Source of the DNA: Octopus vulgaris
Lineage: Eukaryota
Reading direction: 5' to 3'
Assembly (NCBI GenBank): GCA_951406725.2
Contig: OX597821.1
Span: forward strand, 67,270,001 to 67,334,000
DNA: 64,000 nucleotides
Below the pieces are notes generated by a model, which was not told the DNA's origin, did no database searches, and worked only from the letters and a program-made list of their open reading frames with translations. This document shows, one piece after another, positions 24,282 through 37,982 of the stretch (position 1 is the stretch's first letter; each line of letters begins with the position of its first letter). The translations under genes and the position numbers were made by a program.

Positions 24282-27280
24282 CCCAGGGAAGAGCCAGACT
24301 AGGATCGAAAAGTCATCAACTGGGACAAATGCTTCTCCGAATACGGACATGGATGGTCACTTGAACGGGAAATTCCCCAACTCGAGCCCTCCAAGTTCAC
24401 CACCACAACCACCACAGAAAGAAAAATATAAGTGGAACAAATGGACCCGAGAAGAGTATAAAGAAGTAATATACGCTTATTACATGCATTAGGTAGGCCA
24501 TCTCAAGAGAGACACACCGCAAACTCTTACAGTATATGGAGAACACGGAATCAAGACAGTAGGCCCTATTTGGACGAGAACAAATTGGCAAATGTGAGGA
24601 GGGATATCCTTAGAAATAACAGACTCACAGACAGTGAAATAAGCGCGATCAAGCACGCAACGGAAAATGACATAAATATAAGACACAAAGGAAATGAAGA
24701 ATCAGATGAACAGTATAGCCCGCCACGAGGCTTAATTGAAAGACTGCCATCTGACCAAAGTACGCAAAGGCCTGAAGATACAAGAAATTCTATTGAACCT
24801 GTTAAAGATAGCCAGGAAAATGATAAAACAACAGTAACTGAAGATCTCGCATTTGCTGAAGAACACAGAGAGTCTATGGTAGAAATGAGGCAGAAATACG
24901 CTTGAACTTGTAAGACATACAATTATGAATGATAGAGAACCACTTCATAAACTCTCAAATACAAACCAAAATAAAAAACAAATCCAAATTGGCAACTATG
25001 TAACAAATGAAATAATACAAGAATTAAAACCTGATTTTACTGAGTTAAATGAAATTATTTACGCTTCTGCTAGGGCAATTGAAACCAGCTGTATGCCTCC
25101 GAAAAAACAAAGAAAACAAAACCTGGGAAGAAATCAAACCTGGAGAAGTAAAATTGAAAAAGAGATTGAATTTTTGAGAGGGGAAATATCAATATTAAAT
25201 GAACTAATATGTGGAAATGATGTAAGATCCAGAACAGGAAGAAAGATGAAGAGAAAATTTGGATCCTCACCAAGAGAAGAACTGATATCAATAAAACAAA
25301 CGCGGAAACAAAAAGTCCAAACAAAAGCCCAAAGAATACGAAGATTTGAGAAGAGAAACAAGTTTTACAAGCAAAAATAAGCTGTTCACATCCAATGCCA
25401 AAAACCTCTACAGAGAAATAGGGAAGGAGAAAGTAACCGTTAAAAACCCCCCTCCCATGGAAGAAGTTCAAAACTTTTGGAAAAGGATTTGGAGTGACAA
25501 GAAGACGTACAACATAAATGCAGACTGGATTATACAAACTGAAGGATCCTACCAAAATTTACAACAACAAGCATGGGAAGACATCACAATAGCAGACCTA
25601 AGAAAGGCACTCACGAAGGCCCATAATTGGAAATCCCCCGGTAAAGATAGGGTGCCGAATTTCTGGCTCGCATCGCTCCCATTCGCACACGGTAAGCTAG
25701 TTCAGCTGCTCAATGGAATTATGAGAGACCCAAAGAAAACACCTGAATGGTTAGCAAGTGGTATTACTTACCTACTCCCAAAGAATAACGAAACCAACCT
25801 TCCAAAAAACTATCGGCCTATAACCTGTCTATCCACCACGTATAAAATCCTAACATCTATCCCGGCGGAGAAAACTATGCATTCATGGAGAAGAACGATA
25901 TTTTCCCCATTGAACAAAAAGGGTGCCGCCGAGGCTCATACGGATGCAAAGATCAACTGCTAATTAATCGTATGATCCTTGAGAACTGTCACAACAAGCG
26001 CAAAAATGTCAGCTCCGCATGGATTGACTATAAAAAGGCGTTCGACAGTATACCGCACCCATGGATCTTGAGATCGCTGGACATCTTCAAAATTTCCTGA
26101 AGCACAATATGTCGTTGTGGAATACGAATCTCCAATTATATCACTCTAATGGAGTACTTGCCTCAGAAAATATAAACATCAACTGTGGAATTTTTCAAGG
26201 TGACTCACTTTCACCTTTAATATTCTGAATAGCCCTAATACCCCTTACAGGTGAATTAAATAGAACAGGGTATGGGTATAAAATTGCCAATAAAAAAATA
26301 AGCCATCTATTTTATATGGATGACTTAAAACTCTATGGTAAAGACAATAATGAACTTGAAGGCCTATTGCGTACTGTGAAAGCATTCAACGATGACATCG
26401 GGATGAAGTTTGGACTTGAGAAGTGTGCTAAGGCCACTTTCCAGAAAGGGAAAGTGAAGACCACAAATTCAGTCGTGTTAGATGTTGACACAGTCGTAAG
26501 AGAGCTTGAGCAAGAACAAACATGCAAATATTTAGGGATAAATGAAGGCTCTGGTATTCAGCATGCAAGCATGAAAGAGAAGATCAGGAAGGAATGTTAT
26601 AGGAGAGTTCGTGAAGTCCTGAAATCTGAACTAAATGCACGTAACAAGATGTTAGCTATAAATTCCTTAGCAGTTCCAGTTGTTACTTATAGCTACAATG
26701 TGTTGAACTGGAATATGAGTGAAGTAAAGAATATAGATATCAAAATACGCAAGCTGCTGAGTTGTAATAGGATGCACGACCCAAAGGCAGACGTAGATCG
26801 CCTTTACCTTCCCAGAGCCCAAGGAGGTCGAGGCCTGATCCAATTTGAACTACCTTACAAAACAACCACAATTGGACTGGCCAAATATCTTGAAATAACG
26901 AATGACTGGATGCTAAACCTCGTGGAAAATCACGAGAGACGAAAGAAGCTTCATTCTATCATAAAGGAACGCAAAAAATTTGCTATTGATCTCGTACATG
27001 AATGCTTTCTAATTCATGTATCAATACCAGCAGATGACAACGTGTCTCTAAAAGAAATGGAGAAACTTTCAAAATACAAAGACCTGGAAATAGAGGTAAC
27101 CAGAATGTGGAATCTAAAAATAGAAACAATTCCTATCATAGTAGGTGCATTAGGCATGATAAAAAATATTCAGACAAATACATAACAAAAACACCAGGAC
27201 TTACAAAGACATATAGCCTACAGAAATTTGCACTACTAGGCACTGCACACATCCTACGCAGAACACTTTCCATACAATAA
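24282..27280 (+). pseudogene. Disrupted RT polyprotein lacking the zinc knuckle, RHD and PD motifs
   Basis: ORF pieces 24570-24905, 24925-25380, 25346-25963, 25885-26100, 26316-27185; FYMDDLK at about 26310; frameshifts at about 24484, 24897, 25375, 25876 and 26096, plus a TGA at about 26226. Confidence 0.9.
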
Positions 27281-27377
27281 CCATCAGAGCATCACAACAA
27301 ACCACAGCACATACCCAAGGCACACAGAGCTGCGCTCGGTAGTGAAGTGAAAGCACGCTATAAAAATAAAACTACTG
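24282..27377 (+). mobile_element. Chimeric R4/Dong LINE: family C 5' 2.7 kb fused to family A 3' 0.38 kb
   Basis: 24282-about 27000 is the near-identical reverse complement of about 6840-9580. 27001-27377 has the family A C-terminus and 3'UTR (matches 3548-3738) and ends in (TAA)n. Confidence 0.92.
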
Positions 27378-27459
27378 AATAATAATAATAATGATAATAA
27401 TGATAATAATAATCTTAATAATGATAATAATAATGGACTCTCCCGTCGAAGGGGACATA

Positions 27460-27972
27460 TGATTTGGAGAAGGGGTAAAGTCGATTACATCGGCCCCACT
27501 GTTTCACTGGTACTTAATTTATCTACCCCGAAATGATGAAAGAAAAAGTCGGCCTTTGCAGTGTTTGAACTCAGAACGTAACGACTGGCGAAATACCGCT
27601 AAGCATTATACCCTGCGTGCTAACGATTCTGTCATCTCGCTACGTTAATAATGATAATAATAATCATAATAATGGTTTCAAATTTTGCCACAAGGGCAGC
27701 CATTTGGGGAAGGGGTAATGTCGATTACATCGGCCCGAGTGTTTCACTAGTACTTAATTATTGGATACTTAAATAATTGCTGGGTACCTAAATAGTGGAG
27801 GAGGGGATTAGTTGATTAATCGGCCTCAGTGCTTCACTGGTACTTAATTTATCGACCCCGAAAGGATGAAAGATAAAGTAGACCGCAGCGGAATTTGAAC
27901 TCAGAACGTAGCGGAAGAAACACAGCGACTTATGTCGCCCGGCGAGCTAACGATTCTGCCAGTTTATCGCCA
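27460..27972 (-). mobile_element. Two to three degraded Meta-like SINE copies in TAA-rich sequence
   Basis: Repeated GTCGATTACATCGGCCC...CTGGTACTTAATTTATC...TTTGAACTCAGAACGTA. Confidence 0.8.
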
Positions 27973-28002
27973 TCCAGGTGCAGACATTGATCACATATAC
28001 AT

Positions 28003-28305
28003 GAAGCAATGGCCCAGTGGTTAGGGCAGCGCACTCGCGGTCGGAGGATCGCGGTTTCGATTCCCAGACCGGGCGTTGTGTGTGTTTATTGAGCGAAAAC
28101 ACCTAAAGCTCCACGAAGCTCCTGAAGGTGGCGATCCCTGTTGTACTCTTCCGCCCCAACTTTCTTTCACTATCTCTTCCTGTTTCTTCAGTAACGCTAC
28201 GATGGACTTGCGTCCGGTCCGGCTTGGAGGTACACATACGCCACAGAAACTGGGAAACCGGGCCCATGAGCCTAGCTTGGCTTGGCTTGAAAAGGGTGAA
28301 AAAGA
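28003..28305 (+). mobile_element. tRNA-derived SINE, fourth family head with a V-SINE-like 3' module
   Basis: A-box TGGCCCAGTGG, B-box GGTTTCGATTCC. Shares 28003-28187 with 48622-48818, then continues CGATGGACTTGCGTCCGGTCC...CAGAAACTGGGAAACCGG. Confidence 0.8.
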
Positions 28306-28767
28306 CTAAGGCACAGTGAGAGAAATGTATTGGAAAATGTATAAAAAATCAAATATTACGATGGGAATGTTGAGAAAGCTTTGGTGAGTTAGGATATTTT
28401 ATAGAGATAGAGGGAGAAATGTGAGGTTAAAATCAAATCAAATCAAGTATACTAATTTAAAACCAAATAAAATCGGGTGTGGGGCGAAGACATTGTGATA
28501 ATCGTCCGTTGAATTGAAAGAAAGTGATATGTATGGATACAGACATTCTCCTCTTCGATCAAGTCTTCATAGACATTTTTAGTTCCATTCGAAAAGGAAG
28601 ATCGTGAATAAGGTCTCGCTCACAGCCACTAAATTTCAAAAGGTGGAGCATATTATGCGGATGATTCGAGAGAATACGCTTACAATAGATTCGATCCTGT
28701 ATGATGAAGAGAACAGACAGGAAATATTTACCTCATAGTGGTGACCTCGTTATTATCAACGCCAGTA

Positions 28768-28898
28768 TGCAACTAGTACTAAATTTATCGAACCCGAAAA
28801 GATGACAGCAAAGTTGACCTCGGCGGAATTTGAACTTAGAACGTAAAGACAGATGAAATACCGCTAAGCGTCCTAACGTTTCTACTAGCTCACTGCCT
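28768..28898 (-). mobile_element. Partial Meta-like SINE
   Basis: GCAACTAGTACTAAATTTATCGA...GACCTCGGCGGAATTTGAACT. Confidence 0.75.
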
Positions 28899-29387
28899 GA
28901 TATATTGTATAGTTATTAAGTCTGTGATTTACAAGAAAATGTGACGTGATGGGAAATTTTGTTATAGAATTCGAATTTAACAGATTGAACTTCATAATAA
29001 AATATGCATGAGAACTACGCATTTGTTTTCTTGACCCTGAAATTCGTTGTACGGTGTAATTCATATTTCGGTAGATTTTGTTGCGTTTACAGATAAAAGC
29101 CTGCTTGCCAGATTAATTTCAACCCTTTCTACCATGATAAAAATAATATTTTCTGATATAATAATAAAACCTTCTACTACGGGCACAAATCCTGAAATTT
29201 TGAGCTAGGGAGGTTAGTGGATTACATCGAATTCCAGTGGTACTTGTATCATAGAACTGGTAATTTTCCATAACTTTTACGTTTTTTTTCATCGACCTCC
29301 GACAGGATTAAATGCAAACTTCGCGTAATGAAAATTTAGAACGTAGGGGGTGGGGTGAAATGCTGCTAAGCATTCGATCCTGCCAGA

Positions 29388-29435
29388 ATGATGATGATGA
29401 TGATGCTGATGATGATGATGATGATGATGACAATA

Positions 29436-29484
<49 letters not shown>

Positions 29485-29695
29485 CGATGATGATGATGAT
29501 GATGATCATGGTGGTGGTGGTGGTGGTGGTGATGATGGCGATGACAATGACGAATGCGACGACGACGACAACGACGATGATGAAGATGGTGGGGATGATA
29601 GTGGTGGTGGTGGTGGTGGTGTTGCTAGAGATGATGAATTTGACGATGACAACGACGACGACAACGACTACGACAACGACGGCGAAGATGATGAC
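29388..29695. repeat. (GAT)n/(GGT)n/(GAC)n compound trinucleotide tract
   Basis: Direct reading. Confidence 0.95.
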
Positions 29696-30496
29696 AGATC
29701 CTGTAGCCAGAAGTAAACTGTTAAGAAGGGAAAACAAACGAGGATACGAATGAAGCCGTTTCATGCGGTGAAGTGAAGATAATATCACAAACAATCGAGA
29801 ACAACTTGTCTTCAATACAGCATTGTATATATACAACACACACTGAATTACTTTTCACATTCGGCTTCAGGGATAAATAGTAAATATTATTCAATTTATT
29901 ACATTTGATAAAGAAACACGCACATATTAGTAACAATATATCCACTTTCCATGCTTAATCAGATATAAGTGTCTATATAATATCCATATATGTAAGCCTG
30001 TAGATATGGATGCATAGACAATATAGATATATGTATGAGCATATATATATATATATGTATATATATACATATATATACAGACGATATAGATATATGTATG
30101 AACATATATATATGTATATATATATATATACATATATATACATATATATATATACATATGTATATATGTATGTGTGTATGTAAATATGTATGTATGTATA
30201 TATATATGTATGTATGTATATATATATGTATATATGTATGTATGTATGTATGTGTGTATGTATATATGTATGTATATATATGTATGTATGTATATATATA
30301 TATGTATATATGTATGATTATATATGTATATATATATGTATATTTATATATGTATATATATACATATGTATTCATACATATATATATATGTGTATGTATA
30401 TATATATATATATATGTATATGTATATATGTAGATATGCATATCTATGTCTGTGCGTGTATACGTGTATAGATCTGTGAACGTATATACATGTACC

Positions 30497-30527
<31 letters not shown>

Positions 30528-30594
30528 GTTTTTATATAAATGTGTGTATATATATATGTATATTAATGTATATATATATATATATAAATACATA

Positions 30595-30644
<50 letters not shown>

Positions 30645-31159
30645 GCATACATTTATATGTATGTATATATATATATAAATACATGTTTAAATATTTGTCT
30701 AGCTATATATGTGTTTAGGAGAGTATGTATGTCGGTACTCCTTATGCCGAGTATGCACGTGTGTATACTCATATATACACACGTGTGTATTCTTATACAA
30801 ACACGTGTGTACAGAAATGTATAGAATCGTTACCCGTCTGCGTACTCGGCACCGTCAAATGTTACGTTATGCTCTAAACCGAACTGTATAACACCTAGCG
30901 GTCAATGAGGACACTAGGAGACAATTTCTACTGGAATTAATCAAGAACAATTAATGAGAAGAACTTTTCGAATACACTTCTCATTAGTTCCTTTTTGTGT
31001 TTAGACCGATAATTGTTCTCTAAAGATCGATAAATGAATTGTCTGTCCCGTTTAATTGTTGTCCTGGGAATTTGGCAGATTTTCATGCTTTCAGACAATT
31101 CTTCTCTCTCCCTTCCTATGCGCTGTGTTCATATATATGTGTGTGCATATATATATACA

Positions 31160-31231
<72 letters not shown>

Positions 31232-32122
31232 TGTAAGTATATATTATATAAATTTGTATGTATTATATGTATGCATATATATATATAATAATAATGTATA
31301 CACACACACACGCACGCACACACACGCACACATACACATACACACACACACACACATATATATATATATGTATATGCGAACACTCCCGTGCGTCTATGTG
31401 GAAATGAAATTTAGAAGTACATACATACATACATATATACATACGTACATACATACATACACATATACATACATACATAATACAACCACACATACATACA
31501 TACGCACATACATACATACACACATACATACATACATACATACATACATACATACATACATACATGCATACATACATACATACATACATACATACATACA
31601 TACATACATACATACATACATACATACATACATACATACATACATACATAGTACAGTATATCCACTCTATTAGTCTTTTATTGGTTCCTGATATATATTT
31701 ATAATAAATATAGCATTTAACATTTAGATACACACAGATTTCTATTTGTAAGCGAATGTGTGTGCTCTTCTGAGAATATCTGCTTCTATGGGTGCATACT
31801 ATTCGTAATTTAACTATAATTCTATAGATACTTACACACTCTCAACCACGCACAAACACAAATTGGGAGAAGCGTACGCAAACACGCGTATACGTTCATA
31901 TGTATGTTCATGCGTTTCTGTGTGTGCGTGCGCTCTAGTGTGTGCATGTGTTTGTGTGTGCATGTGTGTGTGTGTGTGTGTACGCCTCAACTTGAAAAAA
32001 TGTAAAACATACAAATACATTAATATAAACTCCCGCATGTAAAAATAATAGTTTTATGCTTCAGGTTAACATATTAGGACAATGCCATGTGTGCACGCGT
32101 ACACGTGCATTCTTAAACATGC

Positions 32123-32163
<41 letters not shown>

Positions 32164-32939
32164 AATAAAATATATGCATATATATAAACATATATGTACG
32201 TACCTACCTCTACATGTACATATACACGCATATATGTGTACAGGACACCAAAAGGACGTCGAACACATAGAGAGACGAAAAACATAGACACAAACCAAGG
32301 AACAAGACAAGCAAAAAAAGGAGATACAGGACAATAAGCACAACGAAAAATTCCCTTCTTCAGTCGCTAAAGTTTCATCTACTAAACGTTTCAAAGGATA
32401 AAAGCGAGACGTATACTTCGAATGAAAAATTCCTTCCTGCGAAAAGCAAATCAATTAAAATTCTGAGATCTTGTCGCAGAGGGGTAAAAAAAGCAAGACG
32501 GTAACGACAGTACAAACATATAAACAGTAAAAAATATATATATAAACAGTGGAAAAATAAATATATAACAGTGAGAGACAGGACAAGGAGAACAAGATAA
32601 GAAGGGCTGTTAACGCCAGACGAAAAAAGTATTGCAAACGCTGGATTATAGTGGACGACGAGAGAGGAAGATGTCGACCAGTGGCCTTAGAAGGCAGGTG
32701 AGAAAAGACGGGATAGCAGTTACGACGGAAGTACGTCGCAGATGGACGACGGGAATGGGGGAGGAGGAGCAAGAGGAAGAGAGAGAAGAAGGGGAATGGT
32801 GCGAGGAGACCATGAAGAACAGTGAGGGGGAGAGAGAGAGGAAGAGACAAGTTAAGTGAGGGAAAAAAGACGAAAAAGGGAATGTATATATATATTGAAT
32901 TTCTAAATCTCTCGTAGAGACATGTACGGTGGTGGGGTG

Positions 32940-33077
32940 ATAGAATGGTTGTATACTGTCAATCTAACAAGAACGTGACAGTAGGGGGTACACCACCGTG
33001 ACAGTAGGGGGTACACAACGGTGGTGTACCCCCTACTGTCGCGTTCTTGTTAGATTGACAGTATACAACCATTCTAT
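32940..33077. repeat. Near-perfect 60-bp-arm palindrome (fold-back)
   Basis: Arms 32940-32999 and 33018-33077 match at 59/60. The 18-bp spacer duplicates part of the left arm. Confidence 0.95.
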
Positions 33078-33232
33078 ATATATATATATATATATGCTTT
33101 TATAAATATGTAGATAGATAGATATTTACATAGACACATACATGCATACATACTTACATTACATACATATATATACATGCATGCATACAGGCAGATAAAT
33201 AGACAAATCGATAGATTGATACATACATATGA

Positions 33233-33270
<38 letters not shown>

Positions 33271-33334
33271 ATACACGCAGACACACACAAATATATATGT
33301 ATATACATATACACATACATATGTATGCGTATAC

Positions 33335-33385
<51 letters not shown>

Positions 33386-34639
33386 TATATATGATTTCAT
33401 TTTCCTCTTAGTTTTATCTTTATTAAATATATATATAAATAAATATATATTATTACAGTATTTCTTTTTGCGTAATCTCTATAAAGTGTTTTCGTTCGCG
33501 TCATCTGTACTATTTTGTCTGTCTGGATATTATTTTGATGTCAGTCAGTTTTGTAAGTCGACACATCCCTCTCTGTCTCTTAATCTCTGTCTCTCTCTCT
33601 CCCACTCACTATATATATATATGTGTTTCTGTGTATATATGTATATATGCATATATATATATATACATATATATAGATATATACATGTATGTATATATTC
33701 ATATATATATATATTCTTATAAACTTTCGTGCATTTGAATTTGCGTACGAGGGCAAGCATGATGAAGAGACACGTTTAAGCACACAAACACTAACAAACA
33801 AACACACACCCACACACAAACACACACACACACACATAGACACACGCGCACTGGTTCTCGCAAGCGCACACACGCAAGCGCAAGCGATACGTACACAAAC
33901 ATAATTGTGTGTAAGCATATGTATATTTAAATTTATGTATGCGTAAATGTTCCTTCTTTTGTATGTGTATATATTTGTGACTATAATTAGATGGGTGTGC
34001 CTGTAAGCGTTTACGAGCGTGTTTGCAGTAACTTTTAATAATTTTAAAAGCAATTATTATAAATATCAATTAATTTACAAAACCGAGAACATCAAAATAC
34101 TATCTCGTTAGATTTGTTTTTATTCATTTCATTAATTGATTTTAATTTCTGATTTGTTAATTTGTACTCACAGGATCTGATTGTTAAAATGAATATTGTC
34201 TACAGACTCTGTAGTTTTGTTGCATTTAAAGAATACCAGATACAATACTAGTTGAATCAGACACATAATTGTCTAATCTAATATTAACCGATTTGTCATA
34301 TGTGAGCTTGGGTATACAGAATTAGATGCTCTACTCTGGGGGACAAAACTTTATAAATTACCACGCCTCGAGGCGTACTGTCTACTCGCTAGAAATATCA
34401 GCAATGTTATTCGTAATCAAATTACACTGTATTGTGTTAAAATTGGAAGGATATATTAGTCGAGGTTGTTTTACATCATGTAGTATATCTGCAATAAATA
34501 AATAGAAAAATCACATCCGAAAATGCGATACAGTGTTTGCAACTAGGACACGTGCTCAGTACTAGCGAAACGACAGAAGCAGCCACATCGAGGTAATTGA
34601 TTTATACTGTGTCCACCCGACTACTCCCTCTTACCTTTA

Positions 34640-35480
34640 TTTTTCTAACTGTTGTATTGACTAGGAGAAGCGTCCGTGCCCTTCGCAGTCCCTTCGAGAA
34701 TGGTAAAACCGTTGCAAGTTGATAAATACAGGAAAGACATCAGCAGAAAGAAAATGCCAATGGGATGACATTCTTGCGAGAAGAACTGAGTGTGGTTGTT
34801 GACACAGGGCTTGGGGTCTTGAAAATGAAAAAAATGGGTGACGATAAGAGGAAACACGAGTGAGTCAGGTGGTCTCAAGGAGAGGTGGCAAGAAATCAAA
34901 ATGTTGCGGGAACAAAGATCATTCTGACAGCAGTAAAGAAGTCTGGAAATGGAATTTATTTACAATACGGATTATCGACACACTGTGTAGTTGTCATGAG
35001 GAACCACGAGTTTGGAGACCCAAAGCCAAGCTATATGTAGTACTGTTGAGTACGTAGAGAGCCTGTGCGGAGCTTAAAGCAGGAGTGTCCAATGGCACAA
35101 TGACGGCAATTCATCGTGTTTACAGGTGATTTTTAATCAGTCAACTGAACTTTCTCTGACTAAAATGTCCATATGTGGAGGAACTGCTCAGTCCCATATT
35201 GGGGACATTATTTTGCGTTGTGAATCATTTAAGCTTTGCTGCACCATTTTCTGATTCTGAAGAGCAGAGTTTGTCTTTCCCAAGTGTGAGGGTTTCTGAT
35301 GATTTTTTTCTTTTTTATATATGAGAAGCGTTTGTGTTCTGTATTTTTTTTTTTCATATTATTGAAGGAGTTTAGACTGGCCGCATCGCCCCTGGAGAAT
35401 ACTTTCAAGTTCTCCATTAATAGAGACAGTGCAAATCTATCATGTGATGTGTGGTTGGTATAGCTGCATCACTACCAAGT
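34640..35480 (-). mobile_element. Highly decayed CR1/Jockey-group LINE 3' fragment
   Basis: Minus-strand remnants resemble VRP..EY..HIW (CPQYGTEQFLHIW) and SFFPRT...W..L...VFP; heavily frameshifted. Confidence 0.45.
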
Positions 35481-36520
35481 CTCCTTTTATCGTCTTTCCA
35501 TCACCTATCACTATCAGGTTTAAATGTCCAGACATGTCTAGATTTGTGGTCAAAAATATTGTTCGACTTTTAATTTGGCCACTTCCAAAGGAGTAATAAT
35601 CTCTATTCCGTGCTAACTCACATTTTTTTTTCTTAATTGAATTAATTTTCCTTTTTTCTCCGTTATGATTATATATGAAGAAGGCAAAAGGGCATGAGTG
35701 GCAGAATCGGTAGATCGTAATTGTGCCGGCTTTTTACATACGGAATTAAAATTTCTCTGAGGTTAGTTTTGTAGCTCATACTTTCGGAGTCGAAAAATAA
35801 TGGACTCGTCAAATACTAAGATCGATGGTGCGATTAAACACTTCCTCACGAAATCGCTTGGTTTGTTCTTAAATCAGGAACCATTGTGATTATTTAAAAA
35901 TCTCAGTGAAGTTTTGCTTATTGTGCTGGGCTTATGATCCGAAGTTCATTAGTACAAAACTAGGATCAGACGAAGCTTAATGTCTAAGCAAGACATGCCA
36001 TTTTACCTTGCTCCAGTCGAGGAATTATGCCGATTTATCAGTTTCTTTCCAACTTCCACATCCGTGATGCTACTCTGGGTCAAGGATGGTGGTATCGACA
36101 AGATGCCTATGTCTGCTTGCGAATGCATGCACATTTAATACGAAGGTCGAAAGCATAATAAAATCTACCAGATCATACACGTCGGCGAATGACGGCTAAG
36201 CTTTACTATGCTCAATGTTTAAGCAGTGTAGATATATTGATATATATTTTAGTTTCTTCGTTATTTCAGTTGCTTAGATATTAAAAAAAATTCTGCCTAC
36301 TTCCTTGTCATATTTATTCTTTGCCATAGCGGTAATAGCTTTAACACATCTATATATCTGAATATTTATGAATGTCTTTCTTTTCCATAAAGCAACATCA
36401 TGATACCCAATCTTACCAAAGGTGACTATTAATCGCATTTATCTATTTATTATTGGTAGCTACAAAATGGCGCTGTGTTGGTAGAATCTTTGGTGCGTAG
36501 TATAAAACACCTTACTTGCA

Positions 36521-37897
36521 TTACCTCCAGCTCTTTAGCTTTATGTTAACATCCGCTGGGCAGCTAGATTCCACAACGGTGCACGATTTCTCTTCTCTAT
36601 CACAAATCATGATATCAGATCTGTTGTGCTTACATTTTATTGAGGTCTTCAATGGTACATTCCACTTGTATTCCTTTTTATTATGAGTGGTTATGGTCTC
36701 TACCATATTGTAGGTTTTTATTTTATTATCCTCGGTATTATCCTTCCAACGGATTTCATCATAGAGTGTCCTAGCTACAACTTCATGTTTCATCGGTAGA
36801 TAATACCGTGATGACATTTTCGGACGACTGCTTATGATGTGGGTGATATCTTCAGTGTGAACTCCACAAAGTCTGCATTGGTTGCCACATTTTACGTCTT
36901 TTCCTGCATTTCTATACCTTTTGTGCATCAGGTACTTCCTTAGTATTTCCTATTGCTGGATTGCAAACACATAACCTTCAAAGTGGGAAGTAGTAATCAG
37001 GCTATTGGTCCATGATAAACTGCTTTGTTGATCGATGTTACTATCATAACAGAGCTTTCTACTAACATATACATGCATAGTATTCTCATATAGGCTCATC
37101 CTTTCATCTAATATGTTGCGGTAGAGTCGTGCGACTTCTTTAGGCATGTATTTTAGGTTACCACACAAAGAGTATTGCTCAAGGAGATACCTTCCAAGTC
37201 TTATGATATCAGCCTCATGTAAGCAAATTTGGTCAAGGGATGCACTTCGACACTTGGTGGTTAAAAGATGTTGCCTAAGGGATATGATGCGATATTCAAA
37301 GGCATTTTGGATCGGTGTTAAGCTTCTGCCACCTTGTTTTCACGTCTTGAAGGGGTCTATGTCTGTTCGTGGAGGAGCTTCCGTGACGTTTACTGCTCAT
37401 CGTGTCCGAAAATGTCATCCTGTCATGTTTCCTTGGAATATGCTTCGGCCTGGTTGCGGTTAAATTTTTTGTTTATTGTTCTTCTCTCGGTTATTCTCTT
37501 TTGATATCGGAGTTTTTCACTGATAACTTTTAGCTCCTCTCCAAACACCATTTCTATCTCCTTTACATTCTTCTTTTCTTCTGTCTTCAAAATCCATGAT
37601 GGTACTTTCTTTGTTATTTCGGTTTTGCTTACCTTTTGGATATCATTCATGTACTGTTTTACAGTAGTAGCCTGAGCATATAGATAGGTGTCAATCTGCC
37701 AGTGTGTGGATTCATCACACTGTTGTAAATACTCATCACTAATTTCGTTAACAGCTTTTAATACCGTATCTGGTCGTTTTTTTTACTTACTTTGGTAGAG
37801 AATACTCTCTCTCCGAGAGAGTCCTTCAAAGCCAAAGTTACATTTTCTTTGAAAATTTCAGTCAGAACATTTCATCGGCATATAACCCCGACTACTA

Positions 37898-37982
<85 letters not shown>

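Noticed and set aside
29312-29716. Acidic poly-D/G protein ORF (similar at 62973-63323)
   Set aside because: Trinucleotide repeat sequence with no supporting gene structure.
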